DNA of 37,097 nucleotides from an uncultured Bacilli bacterium (lineage in GTDB: Bacteria; Bacillota_I; Bacilli_A; RF39; UBA660). This document shows positions 27,546 through 37,097 of this stretch, in pieces. The position numbers and the translations under genes were made by a program. The notes under the pieces were generated by a model, which was given only the letters and a program-made list of their open reading frames with translations, made no database searches and had not been told where the DNA came from. Each line of letters begins with the position of its first letter. Position 1 is the first letter of the stretch. The stretch is taken from contig CANPXY010000003.1 in the NCBI GenBank assembly GCA_947587115.1, forward strand, positions 1-37,097, given 5' to 3'.

Positions 27546-29393
27546 TTACTTCCTTTGATACCATATACGAAAACAATTTAAAATCGCTAGAACACTGACT
27601 CCAACATCTGCGAATATCGCCATCCACATTGCCGTAAGTCCAAAGAGTCCTAAAAGAAGAACCACTACTTTCATTCCGATAGCAAAGATGACATTTTCAA
27701 GCACAATGTGCTTGGTATATTGCGCAATATCAAGTGCTTCGGCAATCTTCGAAAGCTGATCGTTCATGATAACCATATCACTTGCTTCGATCGCGGCATC
27801 ACTTCCAATGCCACCCATCGAAATACCGACATCAGCGGCCATTAAAGCAGGACTATCATTCATCCCATCGCCAACAAAAGCCACCAAATTTTTAGTCTGA
27901 ACTTGCTCGATCATCGCTTGTAAGAACTGTACCTTATCTTGTGGAAGCAATTCAAAACGATAAGAAGAGATGGCCAACTTTTGGGCGACGTCACGAACGA
28001 TGGACTCTTTATCTCCAGATAGTACAATCGATTCGATATTCCGTCTTTCCAACTTTCCAATCAATTCTTTCGCATCGCTCCTTAATTCATCAGCAATAAC
28101 GAAGTAGCCCGCATATTGTTGATCCACCGCCATATAGAGTACCGTTCCAATGCGATCGACGGCGGGACAAGGAATATGATGTTTTGCCATAAGTCGCTGA
28201 TTCCCAATAAAGATCTCTTTTCCACAGTAGACGCCCTCGATACCATAACCACTCTTTTCTTTGGAACTTGTAAGATCTTTGGCTACCAACTTTTTACCAT
28301 AACGTTCTCTAATCGAAGTTGCAATAGGATGATTAGAATACATTTCAACATGGGCTGCATACTTTAATAGATCCGACTTGCGAAAGCCTTTGGCAGCTTC
28401 GATATCGACCACTTCAAAGGTCCCTTTGGTAAGCGTTCCCGTCTTATCAAATACAACGGTCCTTACTTTTAACAATTTCTCTATGGTGTCACTGCCCTTG
28501 ATCAAAATGCCCCTTTGAGAAGCCCTGCCAATTCCACAAAAGAAGCCAAGCGGAATCGATAAAACCAAAGCACATGGACAAGAGGCAACCAAAAAGATTA
28601 AAGCACGGTATACCCACGTAGCAAGAGGGGCATCAAAAAATAACGGTGGGACAATTCCAATGATTAGACCAAGCAGTACGACGATCGGTGTATAAATGCG
28701 CGCAAACTTGGTAATAAATCGTTCAGTTCCCGTTTTTCTCGACGCTGTATCCTCAATCAAATGCAATATTTTACTTACTGTGGATTCCTTCATCGACCGT
28801 TTTACTTCTAAACAAAGTTGCTGATTAAGAACCAGTCCTCCACTTAGAGCCATATCGCCAACATGAACCGATACTGGAAGAGATTCTCCGGTCAACATCA
28901 CATTATCGACGTAACCATCTTGATCGAGAACTTCCCCATCCAATGGAATAATTTCCCCCGGCTTCACAATAATATGTGCGCCAATTTGAACTTTGGCAAG
29001 TGGAATAGAGATCATTTCCTCTTTCTCCAGTACATGAGCGACTTCGCTTCGTTGATCCAAAAGAGACATCACTTTCTCTTTAGAGCGATCAATTCCTTGA
29101 TCCCCTAAATACTCGCCAATCTGATAGAACAACATTACAAATACTGCTTCCGGAAACTCCCCAATAATCAAAGCCCCAATCGTCGATAAGATCATCAAAA
29201 ATTTTTCATCAAAAATCGCATGTTTAGTAATATTGTGAAAAAAATCACGATACACATCATACCCGACCACCAAGTAAGCCAAGATGTAAAAAATAAGAGA
29301 CAATATAAAAATTTTATGAAAACAAAAGGCAAGCAAAAAGAACAAAATACTAACGACAATGTTTTGGAGTTCTCTATTCATTTTCAGTTTCAT
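27546..29393 (-). CDS. cadA: Heavy-metal (Zn/Cd/Co) P1B-type ATPase without an N-terminal HMA domain
   Basis: TGES, SCPCAL, FDKTGTLT, SNHP, GDGMNDSPAL and FADVG; ATG at 29393 after SD GAGGGG. Confidence 0.92.
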   Translation of the reverse strand: MKLKMNRELQNIVVSILFFLLAFCFHKIFILSLIFYILAYLVVGYDVYRDFFHNITKHAIFDEKFLMILSTIGALIIGEFPEAVFVMLFYQIGEYLGDQGIDRSKEKVMSLLDQRSEVAHVLEKEEMISIPLAKVQIGAHIIVKPGEIIPLDGEVLDQDGYVDNVMLTGESLPVSVHVGDMALSGGLVLNQQLCLEVKRSMKESTVSKILHLIEDTASRKTGTERFITKFARIYTPIVVLLGLIIGIVPPLFFDAPLATWVYRALIFLVASCPCALVLSIPLGFFCGIGRASQRGILIKGSDTIEKLLKVRTVVFDKTGTLTKGTFEVVDIEAAKGFRKSDLLKYAAHVEMYSNHPIATSIRERYGKKLVAKDLTSSKEKSGYGIEGVYCGKEIFIGNQRLMAKHHIPCPAVDRIGTVLYMAVDQQYAGYFVIADELRSDAKELIGKLERRNIESIVLSGDKESIVRDVAQKLAISSYRFELLPQDKVQFLQAMIEQVQTKNLVAFVGDGMNDSPALMAADVGISMGGIGSDAAIEASDMVIMNDQLSKIAEALDIAQYTKHIVLENVIFAIGMKVVVLLLGLFGLTAMWMAIFADVGVSVLAILNCFRIWYQRK

Positions 29394-29694
29394 TTTCTTC
29401 CCTCTTTTCACAAATATGATTTAATCCATACTCTAAAATAATAGAAATATGATGATCCGACAAGGTATAGTATACCTCTTTTCCTACTTTTGTAACCTTC
29501 ACTAGGTTCAGTTGTCGCAAAGTTCGAAGTTGATGCGAAATGGCCGATGGACTGACGCCGGTCAACTCCGCAATATCCCCAACACAGTAAGACTGATCAA
29601 TCAAAACAAATAAGATCTTTAATCTTGTCTCATCTGAAAAAACTTTATAAAACATCGCTAAATCAAAAAGTTGATCTTCTGGAATCTTTTTCAT
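29374..29694 (-). CDS. ArsR/SmtB family metal-sensing repressor (CzrA/SmtB-like, alpha5 site)
   Basis: SDETRLKIL, CVGDIA, SAISHQLRTL and alpha5 ligands D-x-H-x10-H-xx-E (DHHISIILEYGLNHICE). Confidence 0.92.
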   Translation of the reverse strand: MKKIPEDQLFDLAMFYKVFSDETRLKILFVLIDQSYCVGDIAELTGVSPSAISHQLRTLRQLNLVKVTKVGKEVYYTLSDHHISIILEYGLNHICEKREENETENE

Positions 29695-29707
29695 ACACCC
29701 TCCTACA

Positions 29708-29765
29708 AATGAACGATTATTCATATGTTCATATTTATTATATGCGAATTCGGAAAAAAGTTCAA
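29708..29765 (-). promoter_or_regulatory. Promoter and SmtB/CzrA-type operator
   Basis: TTGAAC-17-TATAAT (29765-29737), followed by ATGAACATATGAATAATCGTTCAT containing ATGAA-N6-TTCAT. Confidence 0.75.
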
Positions 29766-29936
29766 TAGGATTTAAACTTTTCTTTTAATAATTTAAAAAG
29801 AACCCTTTTTCCATTTTTTACTACTCCTTTTTTCAATTTACTATCTAAAATGCCCTCTAATTCTTCACATTGGAAACTTGTAACCGCGCAATTTCCGTGT
29901 TAGAGTGAACAAAAAAGAAAGAGAAAGAAGGATTTT

Positions 29937-31418
29937 ATGAAAAAACTATTATGCATTGCCCTATTATTAATAGGATTATGTCTCACACTTACCGAAGAGG
30001 TACAAGCGGAGAGTTTCTACGAAGGAAATTTCATCAGCAATACTTGGATGATTCGCCAAAAAGGAAATCGCAAGATCTGGCAAACTGCTCGTTTCCTACA
30101 TCGTTCAAGTGACGGGATGTTTGCCTATTGCACCGAGCCCTTTTCAATTATTGAAAGTGGTCAATACTACACAGAGCAGATCAATCCCGAGAGCATCTCA
30201 GCTGAAACTTGGGAACGTGTAGCGCTTATTGCCTATTATGGTTATGGCTATACGAATCATAGTGACGAAAAATGGTATCCGATCACACAAATTATGATTT
30301 GGAAGGCCATCGACCCTACCAGTGACTTTTACTTTACAGATTCTTTAAATGGCAACCGAATCTATATTTATGAAGCTGAAATGCAGGAGATCGAACAGCT
30401 CGTTCAACGACATTATCAAAAACCAAGCTTCGATAATACGACCATCACCATGGTCCTAGGAAGCGAAAGAAGCATCACGGATCAAAAAAATGTTCTAAAT
30501 ACATTCTCCATCAATGGCCAAACACAAGATGTCATCATCGATGGAAACGAACTCAAAATCAAAGCCCAACAGTTAGGAAAACAAGAAATTTTGTTGACAA
30601 AGCAGGAAAACAATTATCAAGTACCGCCCATTTTCTACTACAATGCGACGAACCAAAACTTAATGACGGCTGGATCCATTCCCAATTTAACTTCAAAATT
30701 GACGATCAATACCATTGAGACCAACGTTCACTTTCAAAAGATCGACAAAGATACCAAAAGCAAAGAAAACAGTGGACAAGCGCATCTAGAAGGAGCCATC
30801 TATCAAATCTATAATGCCGCAATGGAGCCGCTTTTGACTATCACGATCGATGAATATATGGAAGCGTACATTAAAAACTTAGACTTTGGAACTTACTACC
30901 TGCAAGAGCTGGCACCTGGGACCGGCTACTTACTGGACCAGAACATTTATGAGTTTATCGTCAGTGAAAAAGAGACCGAAGTTGAACTCATTTTAGAAAA
31001 TGAAGTAATCAAGAAGAAAATTGAAATCTATAAAAAATATGGCAATCCTTCCAGCAGCACAATGTTGCCCGAAGCAGGAATCATCTTTGAATTCTATGAT
31101 GAAGAAGGAAACTTCGTCACATCGATTACAACCGACAGTACTGGCTATGGAAGTACGATCCTGCCCTATGGAAAATATAAAGTAAAACAAAAGAATACTA
31201 CGGAAGGCTACCAAAAAGTAGAAGATTTTGAAATCATCGTCGATGAGACAGAAGAAGACACTTTCACTTATCACTTGGATAATCTTGCCATCCCTGTTCC
31301 CAATACTAGGGAAGAACAAAAAGAATACACCGTATGGCTTCCCTTTGTCATGTTAGGAAGTTTAGGTTTATATGTGGAAAAAACACAGTATCATCATAAG
31401 TATCCTCTTACTGTGTAG
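29937..31418 (+). CDS. Cys-Gln thioester-domain (TED) surface protein with SpaA-like Ig folds and a VPNT sorting motif
   Basis: Signal peptide; AYCTEP, TQIMIW and NQNLM; LEGAIYQIY..GTYYLQELAPGTGY and LPYGKYKVKQKNTTEGY repeats; IPVPNTR followed by a hydrophobic stretch. Confidence 0.8.
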   Translation: MKKLLCIALLLIGLCLTLTEEVQAESFYEGNFISNTWMIRQKGNRKIWQTARFLHRSSDGMFAYCTEPFSIIESGQYYTEQINPESISAETWERVALIAYYGYGYTNHSDEKWYPITQIMIWKAIDPTSDFYFTDSLNGNRIYIYEAEMQEIEQLVQRHYQKPSFDNTTITMVLGSERSITDQKNVLNTFSINGQTQDVIIDGNELKIKAQQLGKQEILLTKQENNYQVPPIFYYNATNQNLMTAGSIPNLTSKLTINTIETNVHFQKIDKDTKSKENSGQAHLEGAIYQIYNAAMEPLLTITIDEYMEAYIKNLDFGTYYLQELAPGTGYLLDQNIYEFIVSEKETEVELILENEVIKKKIEIYKKYGNPSSSTMLPEAGIIFEFYDEEGNFVTSITTDSTGYGSTILPYGKYKVKQKNTTEGYQKVEDFEIIVDETEEDTFTYHLDNLAIPVPNTREEQKEYTVWLPFVMLGSLGLYVEKTQYHHKYPLTV

Positions 31419-31911
31419 TTATCTTTTATTTTGTAACACCATCTATCAAAGTGTAACTAAAAAAGAAGCCATAAATCCACCAGTAAAAGAGGAACAGCAA
31501 GATTACTATGCATATTTAGAAATACCCAAGTTGAATCTAAAGCAAGAACTGTTCCCAAAAGAGGATACAAGAAACCAAGTAGATGAAAACGTCACCATTT
31601 TAGAGCCTTCCGAACTCCCCGATCAAGAGCACTCGATTTTAATTTTAGCAGCCCATTCGGGAACGGGAGCACATGCCTATTTTAACCAATTAGATCAACT
31701 CGATATCGATGATCGAATCATCGTTACTTATAAGCAAAAAGCCTATCAATATCAAATTACCAAGATATATGAAGAACGGAAAACAGGAACGATCCATATT
31801 CCCAAAGAAGAAAATCAAAACCAAATTATACTCACCACTTGCAGTCCAATAAACAACAATAAACAACTCATCATCAATGGGATTTTAATTCAAAAAGACA
31901 AGAGCATTTAA
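31372..31911 (+). CDS. Sortase
   Basis: N-terminal TM, LEIPKLNL, LAAHSG, F..LDQL..DD.I and LTTC; overlaps its putative substrate gene by 47 nt. Confidence 0.88.
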   Translation: MWKKHSIIISILLLCSYLLFCNTIYQSVTKKEAINPPVKEEQQDYYAYLEIPKLNLKQELFPKEDTRNQVDENVTILEPSELPDQEHSILILAAHSGTGAHAYFNQLDQLDIDDRIIVTYKQKAYQYQITKIYEERKTGTIHIPKEENQNQIILTTCSPINNNKQLIINGILIQKDKSI

Positions 31912-31963
31912 ATGTTCTTGTCTTTCTATAAATTTTGATAGCAAAAAAGCCTTAATAGGCTTT

Positions 31964-34060
31964 TTAATTGTTTATAAATAATTGTTCTCCCTTTAGATCC
32001 ACTTTGACCGTAGTGCCATATTGAATATGATCCATCAATAATTCTTTAGCCAACATACTTTCAATAGTTTTGCTGACAAAGCGTTTTAATGGTCGTGCAC
32101 CATAGTTCACATCATATCCGTTCTCTAAGATATAAGAACGTGCTTCTTTGGTAAGTTCAATATGAATGTCCTGATCAGCAAGACGACGTTCGATATCATG
32201 AATCAATTTATCTAAGATCTCGTTCATAACTTCTTTACTCAACGGATTAAAGAAGATAATTTCATCAATTCGGTTGATAAATTCTGGACGGAAAGTCATC
32301 TGTAATTCTTTCATAACCAAGTCCTTTTTTCCCTCTAAGATGTGTTCACTACCCAAGTTGGAAGTCATGATGATGATCGTATTCTTAAAGTCTACTGTGC
32401 GACCATTAGAATCGGTTATTCTACCATCATCAAGAATCTGTAACAACAAGTTTAACACTTCTGGATGCGCTTTTTCAATTTCGTCGAACAAGACAATACT
32501 GTACGGATTACGACGAACTGCTTCTGTAAGCTGTCCTCCCTCTTCATAACCTACATATCCTGGAGGAGATCCGATCAGGCGTGAGACACTAAATTTTTCC
32601 ATGTACTCACTCATATCGATTCGAACCATGTGTTTTTCATCGTCGAACAATTCATAAGCTAAACTGCGTGCGACTTCGGTTTTACCAACACCAGTAGGAC
32701 CCAAGAAGATAAAAGAACCAATAGGTCGATTCGGATCTTTGATACCACTACGAGATTTCATAATAGCATCGCTCACTAAGTGAAGTGCTTCCTTTTGGCC
32801 CATGACTCGTTTTGCCAAATTGTCTTCCAAATGCAAAAGCTTTTCACGTTCTCCACTCATCAATTTGCTAAGTGGAATATTCGTCCATTTCGAAATAATT
32901 TCCGCAATGGATTCTTCAGTAACTGCGTCACTCAATATTTTATTTTCGTCAATTTTCTTTAATTCCTCAAGTTCCTTTTCAAGTTTTGGAATATCTCCGT
33001 GACGAAGTTTGGCTGCTTTTTCCAAGTCGTAAACATTCTCTGCTTGCTCCAAATCAAAGCGAGCTCTTTCAATCTCTTGTTTCTTGTTCTTAATTTGATC
33101 ATTGACGGTCTTCTCTTTTTCCCAAGCAACCTTCAACGCTTTTTCTTGCTCTTTTAAACGCTCTAATTCCTCGTCGATCTCTTCCCTACGTTTCTTCGAT
33201 AATTGATCTGTTTCCTTTTTAATTGCCTGACGCTCGATCTCAAGTTGCATGATCTCTCTTGTAAGGGTATCAAGTTCATTTGGAACAGAATCCATCTGTA
33301 CTCGAATCGTTGCGCATGCTTCATCGACCAAGTCGATGGCTTTATCTGGCAAGAAACGATCGGTAATATAGCGATTGGACAAAGTAGCAGCCGCAATCAA
33401 CGCCTTATCGTGAATTGTTACACCATGATGAATCTCAAAACGTTCCTTTAGACCACGCAAAATCGTAATCGTATCCATGACCGTAGGTTCACTAACTTTA
33501 ATTTTTTGAAAGCGTCGCTCTAAGGCTCCATCTTTCTCAATATACTTACGATATTCGTTGAGAGTCGTTGCTCCAATAACATGAATTTCACCACGTGCCA
33601 ACATTGGCTTCAAAATGTTAGAGGTATCCATTGCACCCTCCATGTTGCCAGAGCCTACAATCGTATGAATTTCATCGATAAACATGATGATTTCGCCTTC
33701 GCTTTTCTTGATTTCGCTCAATACATTTTTAAGACGCTCTTCAAATTCACCACGATATTTAGCACCAGCAATCAAACTGGCCATATCCAATTCCCAGATG
33801 ACTTTATCTTTTAGACTGCTAGGAACATCCCCTTTGACAATACGAAGAGCCAATCCTTCCACGATCGCCGTTTTTCCAACACCTGGTTCTCCGATTAAAA
33901 CGGGGTTGTTCTTCGTCTTACGTGATAAGATACGCGTAATACTTCGAATCTCTTCATCACGGCCGATGACTGGGTCAATTTTACCGTTTTTCACAGCTTC
34001 ATTGATATTTCGACCATACTTTTCTAATACGTTTTCTTCTTGATTGTTTTCTTGATACAT
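31964..34060 (-). CDS. clpB: ClpB-type disaggregase lacking the N-terminal domain
   Basis: [28 protein letters not shown], an M-domain coiled coil, GPTGVGKT and GARPLKR; no IGF ClpP-binding loop. Confidence 0.9.
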   Translation of the reverse strand: MYQENNQEENVLEKYGRNINEAVKNGKIDPVIGRDEEIRSITRILSRKTKNNPVLIGEPGVGKTAIVEGLALRIVKGDVPSSLKDKVIWELDMASLIAGAKYRGEFEERLKNVLSEIKKSEGEIIMFIDEIHTIVGSGNMEGAMDTSNILKPMLARGEIHVIGATTLNEYRKYIEKDGALERRFQKIKVSEPTVMDTITILRGLKERFEIHHGVTIHDKALIAAATLSNRYITDRFLPDKAIDLVDEACATIRVQMDSVPNELDTLTREIMQLEIERQAIKKETDQLSKKRREEIDEELERLKEQEKALKVAWEKEKTVNDQIKNKKQEIERARFDLEQAENVYDLEKAAKLRHGDIPKLEKELEELKKIDENKILSDAVTEESIAEIISKWTNIPLSKLMSGEREKLLHLEDNLAKRVMGQKEALHLVSDAIMKSRSGIKDPNRPIGSFIFLGPTGVGKTEVARSLAYELFDDEKHMVRIDMSEYMEKFSVSRLIGSPPGYVGYEEGGQLTEAVRRNPYSIVLFDEIEKAHPEVLNLLLQILDDGRITDSNGRTVDFKNTIIIMTSNLGSEHILEGKKDLVMKELQMTFRPEFINRIDEIIFFNPLSKEVMNEILDKLIHDIERRLADQDIHIELTKEARSYILENGYDVNYGARPLKRFVSKTIESMLAKELLMDHIQYGTTVKVDLKGEQLFINN

Positions 34061-34086
34061 AATATTCACCTCTTTATTCGAATTCT

Positions 34087-34127
34087 ATTATACTCAATTT
34101 TTAGCACTTGTCAATATAGAGTGCTAA
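34087..34127 (-). promoter_or_regulatory. CIRCE (HrcA operator) overlapping the clpB -35
   Basis: TTAGCACTT-N9-GAGTGCTAA at 34101-34127 (one mismatch to consensus); TTGACA(34114-34109)-16-TATAAT(34092-34087). Confidence 0.93.
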
Positions 34128-34163
34128 AAACAGACAAAAAAAGACAGTATCTTAAGATACTGC

Positions 34164-35465
34164 CTACTTATTCGCTAATATTTCGATTGCTTTTTGTAAT
34201 TGATTATCCATCTCATCCGTAGGATTTTCGTAATAGGCATCATCAAGTTCTACTTCCACGGTCGGCTTTACACCGACACCATCGATCCAGTTTCCCTTTG
34301 GAGTCAGCCATTTCTGGGTCGTATATTTGATAGTCGCACCGCTTTTAAGTTCAAATGCTTTTTGAACAGTGCCCTTTCCATAAGAAGTGATACCGATAAT
34401 TTCGGAACCTTTGATCTCGTTTAATGCTGAAGCTAATATTTCAGAAGCAGAAGCACTGGCATGATTGATCAAGACAGCGATCTCATAATCGCGTTGCTCC
34501 TTGGTCCAATCATAAGTTGGCTCTTTAATTCCTTTCGTCTCGATCTGATATAAGATATCACCTTTTTTAAGAATCATCGCCAACATTTCAGATACTTGCG
34601 TCAAATGTCCACCTGGATTATCACGCACATCGATGATCAATCGGTCAATAGACTCTTTCTCTAACTTTTCTAGTTCAGTTTTAAACTGTTTGGAAGTATT
34701 AGAGGCAAAGATATCAATATCTAAATAACCAATTTTTTGATTGTTTCTCTCAAAAACTTTGGAAGTAACAGAAGTAAGTTCTACTTTATCACGTACGACG
34801 ACAAAATCCAAAGTCTCTTCACCTCTAGTTACGGTGATCTTTACCGTCGTGCCTTTGGTACCCTTGATCAAAGCTGAGATATCACTCAAGGCTTTCCCTT
34901 GGATATCCGTTCCATCTACCTGTTGAATTATATCGCCTACTTGTATCCCCGCCTTGCCTGCTGGAGAACCGTCAAATAGATAACTGATTTTTACAGTATC
35001 ATTTAAAAGTGTCATCTCCGCACCAATGCCGACATAACTACCCTCAACCTGCTCATTGAACGCTTCGCTTTCAGCAGCATCCATATAGGTAGAATGTGAA
35101 TCATTCAAATATTCAATCATTCCTTTGATTCCGGCATTCAACAGTTCATCCTGATCTAGTTCAAGATAATAATTATCCAAAATATTGTGGTAAGTATCTA
35201 CAAATTCTTCAAGATCATCTGAAATCATCTCTAATCCCGTAGAACTTTTTTGTTTTTCCCTAGAATAAGTCACCGCACTTCCGATAAGGGCTCCAAATAA
35301 AATAGCAATAATCATGATGATAATGACCTCTAAGGTATTAAAGCCCGAACGCTTTTCAACGACGATTTCTCTTACATCATCAGGAACTTCCTCAACTTTT
35401 GAAGATGTTTTTTGACGTTTGGGTTTTACAGTTGTTTTTTTCGTGTTTTCCCCTTGATCTTTCAT
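34164..35465 (-). CDS. ctpA: S41 carboxy-terminal processing protease with PDZ domain
   Basis: YVGIG, SPAGKAGIQVGD, IDVRDNPGG, SASASEI, SYGKGTVQ and WLTPKG. Confidence 0.93.
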   Translation of the reverse strand: MKDQGENTKKTTVKPKRQKTSSKVEEVPDDVREIVVEKRSGFNTLEVIIIMIIAILFGALIGSAVTYSREKQKSSTGLEMISDDLEEFVDTYHNILDNYYLELDQDELLNAGIKGMIEYLNDSHSTYMDAAESEAFNEQVEGSYVGIGAEMTLLNDTVKISYLFDGSPAGKAGIQVGDIIQQVDGTDIQGKALSDISALIKGTKGTTVKITVTRGEETLDFVVVRDKVELTSVTSKVFERNNQKIGYLDIDIFASNTSKQFKTELEKLEKESIDRLIIDVRDNPGGHLTQVSEMLAMILKKGDILYQIETKGIKEPTYDWTKEQRDYEIAVLINHASASASEILASALNEIKGSEIIGITSYGKGTVQKAFELKSGATIKYTTQKWLTPKGNWIDGVGVKPTVEVELDDAYYENPTDEMDNQLQKAIEILANK

Positions 35466-35588
35466 TCTTCCACCTCGATTGTACTACATTATAATCATAT
35501 CATAAACCATCTTAAATTAGAAGAATAAAGTAACATTCTCGTCAAAATGACATGAAAAAAAGTGTCCAAAGACACTCTTATGTTCAGA

Positions 35589-35665
35589 TGGCGCCTCAAC
35601 TAGGACTTGAACCTAGGACCCCTTGATTAACAGTCAAGTGCTCTAACCAACTGAGCTATTAAGGC
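35589..35665 (-). tRNA. tRNA-Asn (GTT)
   Basis: GCCTTAATAGCTCAGTTGGTTAGAGCACTTGACTGTTAATCAAGGGGTCCTAGGTTCAAGTCCTAGTTGAGGCGCCA; 77-nt cloverleaf with encoded CCA; terminator near 35555-35578. Confidence 0.97.
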
Positions 35666-35690
35666 ATATCTCTAAAAAGAGATATTAGTA

Positions 35691-36236
35691 TTATTTCCCA
35701 AATCCATTGAAATATTCAGAAATGGCTGCTTTTCCTTCATAAACTTCAGCAACGGCCTTATTTGAAAATTTCAAGAGCGCTGCATCATGGAAACGCAAAT
35801 CCGCAGGCTTTTGAACCCACAAGTTACTTCCTTCATCTGTCACATACATTTGGTTGAGCGGATTGGCAAGGTCGACTCTATAATATTCTAAAGCTCCACT
35901 TTTAAGTTTATAAGAGTTTAACAACGTTGTATATAGTCCGGCATCGGTCTTTGTACTATCATAAAACAATACCAAATACTCTGTGGCATTTTGATGAAAA
36001 CTTTCGCCAACTAAAATCTCTTCATATTGAATTTCAGTTTCATTCTCTTCACTAGAATTACCACCAAATTTAATCTTGCCAGTTACAATCGCTGTAAATA
36101 AATATACAACTGCCAACACTACCAAAACAATAATAGCAATCTTGATAACACTACTCATTTCAGGATTGTATACAGCATCAATCTTTTGCTTGTTTTTAGG
36201 AATCGTTGTCTTCCGTTTGGTCTCTTTCTTTTTCAT
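35691..36236 (-). CDS. Hypothetical single-TM protein
   Basis: SD AGGTGGTGA, Lys-rich N-terminus, one TM helix and an extracellular domain. Confidence 0.8.
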   Translation of the reverse strand: MKKKETKRKTTIPKNKQKIDAVYNPEMSSVIKIAIIVLVVLAVVYLFTAIVTGKIKFGGNSSEENETEIQYEEILVGESFHQNATEYLVLFYDSTKTDAGLYTTLLNSYKLKSGALEYYRVDLANPLNQMYVTDEGSNLWVQKPADLRFHDAALLKFSNKAVAEVYEGKAAISEYFNGFGK

Positions 36237-36302
36237 AGTATTCACCACCTAATCAAAATTATAACATACCAAAGAAAAAAAATAAACACGTTTTAAACGT
36301 GC

Positions 36303-37022
36303 TTATTTCATCGTTGGAATGACACTGATCGATTGGGCAATTTCGATTAATTCGATCTGATCCATTACATCACTTACCAAGTAATATTCAATCCCATTCG
36401 AAGTCCAAGTCAACGAATTATCAGTAATTGCCCCAATGGTATCGATAAACATATAAGGTTCTCCATAAGTCGGAATCACAGTAAACTCATCTTCTTTCCC
36501 TGCCGTCTCTTCTACTAACAAGAACGGCTTTTCGCCATCAAAAGATAAGATCACTCGTTCCCCATTCGTCTTCTCTACTCGATTTTGATCCGTTAACTTT
36601 GTTCCCGTCGGTATATAAAGTGGGTAGATAATATCTTCGATACTTCCCGTCTCGATCACGTCTTCCACAATAACCGAAGATTTCATGATTTCATCTAACA
36701 CAAAATGTTGGTCATCAAAATTCGGTTTCATGTCAATACTAGTAAATATCATCTTCATCTGTGGAACATCATTGTCACTCAATACTTCTACGGTCTTAAA
36801 ATTCAAATTTTTATCCAATGTAATTGTCTGCTTTACCAATTTTCGATTATTTGGATAATTCACACTCGTCGTAAAAGTATAGCTCTTTCCATCATCTTTA
36901 AACGTTTTGTTATTATCATTTTTTATATCATTTAAAAGTGACTGCAAAAGATAAATTTGTGAATTGTTGTATGGCCAATCGCTTTGAAACTTGAAGCTCT
37001 TGTTCAAAGAAGGTGTAAGTAC
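36303..37022 (-). CDS. ydcC: C-terminal ~70% of sporulation lipoprotein YdcC/SsdC (MucB/RseB-LolA-like); N-terminus absent
   Basis: VLTPSLNKSFKFQSDWPYNNSQIYLLQSL matches B. subtilis YdcC VLTPSLNKSFRFQSDWPNNSSQVYLFESL (recalled). There is an in-frame TGA at 37031-37029 and no signal peptide or lipobox. Confidence 0.85.
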   Translation of the reverse strand, partial: VLTPSLNKSFKFQSDWPYNNSQIYLLQSLLNDIKNDNNKTFKDDGKSYTFTTSVNYPNNRKLVKQTITLDKNLNFKTVEVLSDNDVPQMKMIFTSIDMKPNFDDQHFVLDEIMKSSVIVEDVIETGSIEDIIYPLYIPTGTKLTDQNRVEKTNGERVILSFDGEKPFLLVEETAGKEDEFTVIPTYGEPYMFIDTIGAITDNSLTWTSNGIEYYLVSDVMDQIELIEIAQSISVIPTMK

Positions 37023-37097
37023 TATAACTCACCAAAGTTTTAAACTTTCTATCCTTATTTATATATAGTACCTTATTTTTTAATTATTTTTATTATC

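Noticed and set aside
29871-29900. ECF-sigma-like promoter GGAAAC-N18-CGTG before the adhesin
   Set aside because: The spacer is longer than the usual 16-17 nt, so support is too weak.
35560-35700. tRNA-Asn as an integration site
   Set aside because: No duplicated tRNA 3' end, integrase or foreign-looking DNA nearby.
3853-36935. Many short ORFs antisense or out of frame within long genes (e.g. 3853-4299, 12274-12579, 30993-31319, 33684-34043)
   Set aside because: Shadow ORFs of well-supported genes, with no RBS or domain signal.
37023-37097. Self-splicing intron or TGA read-through as the explanation for the ydcC break
   Set aside because: No group II domain V/VI is visible. Codons upstream of the TGA (RIESLKLW) do not resemble YdcC, and TGA is a normal stop for other genes here (3022, 14744, 22911).

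Overview
Low-GC Bacillota (Bacilli) chromosomal window, mostly housekeeping genes on the minus strand. The gene set combines peptidoglycan genes (FemABX, MurJ, M15 carboxypeptidase), sporulation genes (cse60, yetF-like, ydcC/ssdC-like) and a Mollicutes-style N-domain-less clpB under a CIRCE operator. That mix suggests an uncultured gut Bacilli lineage such as RF39 (inference). It contains the 5' end of a 16S rRNA gene with three tandem promoters, a Leu T-box-leuS operon, tRNA-Asn, fhs, a CzrA/CadA metal-efflux pair and a thioester-domain adhesin plus sortase. Most notable: (1) the ydcC/ssdC-like sporulation gene at the right edge lacks its first ~94 codons and abuts an AT-rich inverted-repeat junction, a candidate developmentally excised element; (2) a 2.2-kb AT-rich, integrase-free islet flanked by a 22-bp duplication of the leuS stop/terminator, with a G11 tract in its promoter spacer; (3) a VmlR-like ABC-F gene with candidate leader peptides; (4) catalytic-residue substitutions in the GH31 enzyme and the sortase; (5) an unknown membrane gene inside the T-box-leuS transcript. 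No CRISPR array, IS element or prophage was seen. All family calls come from motif recognition by eye, not from database searches.
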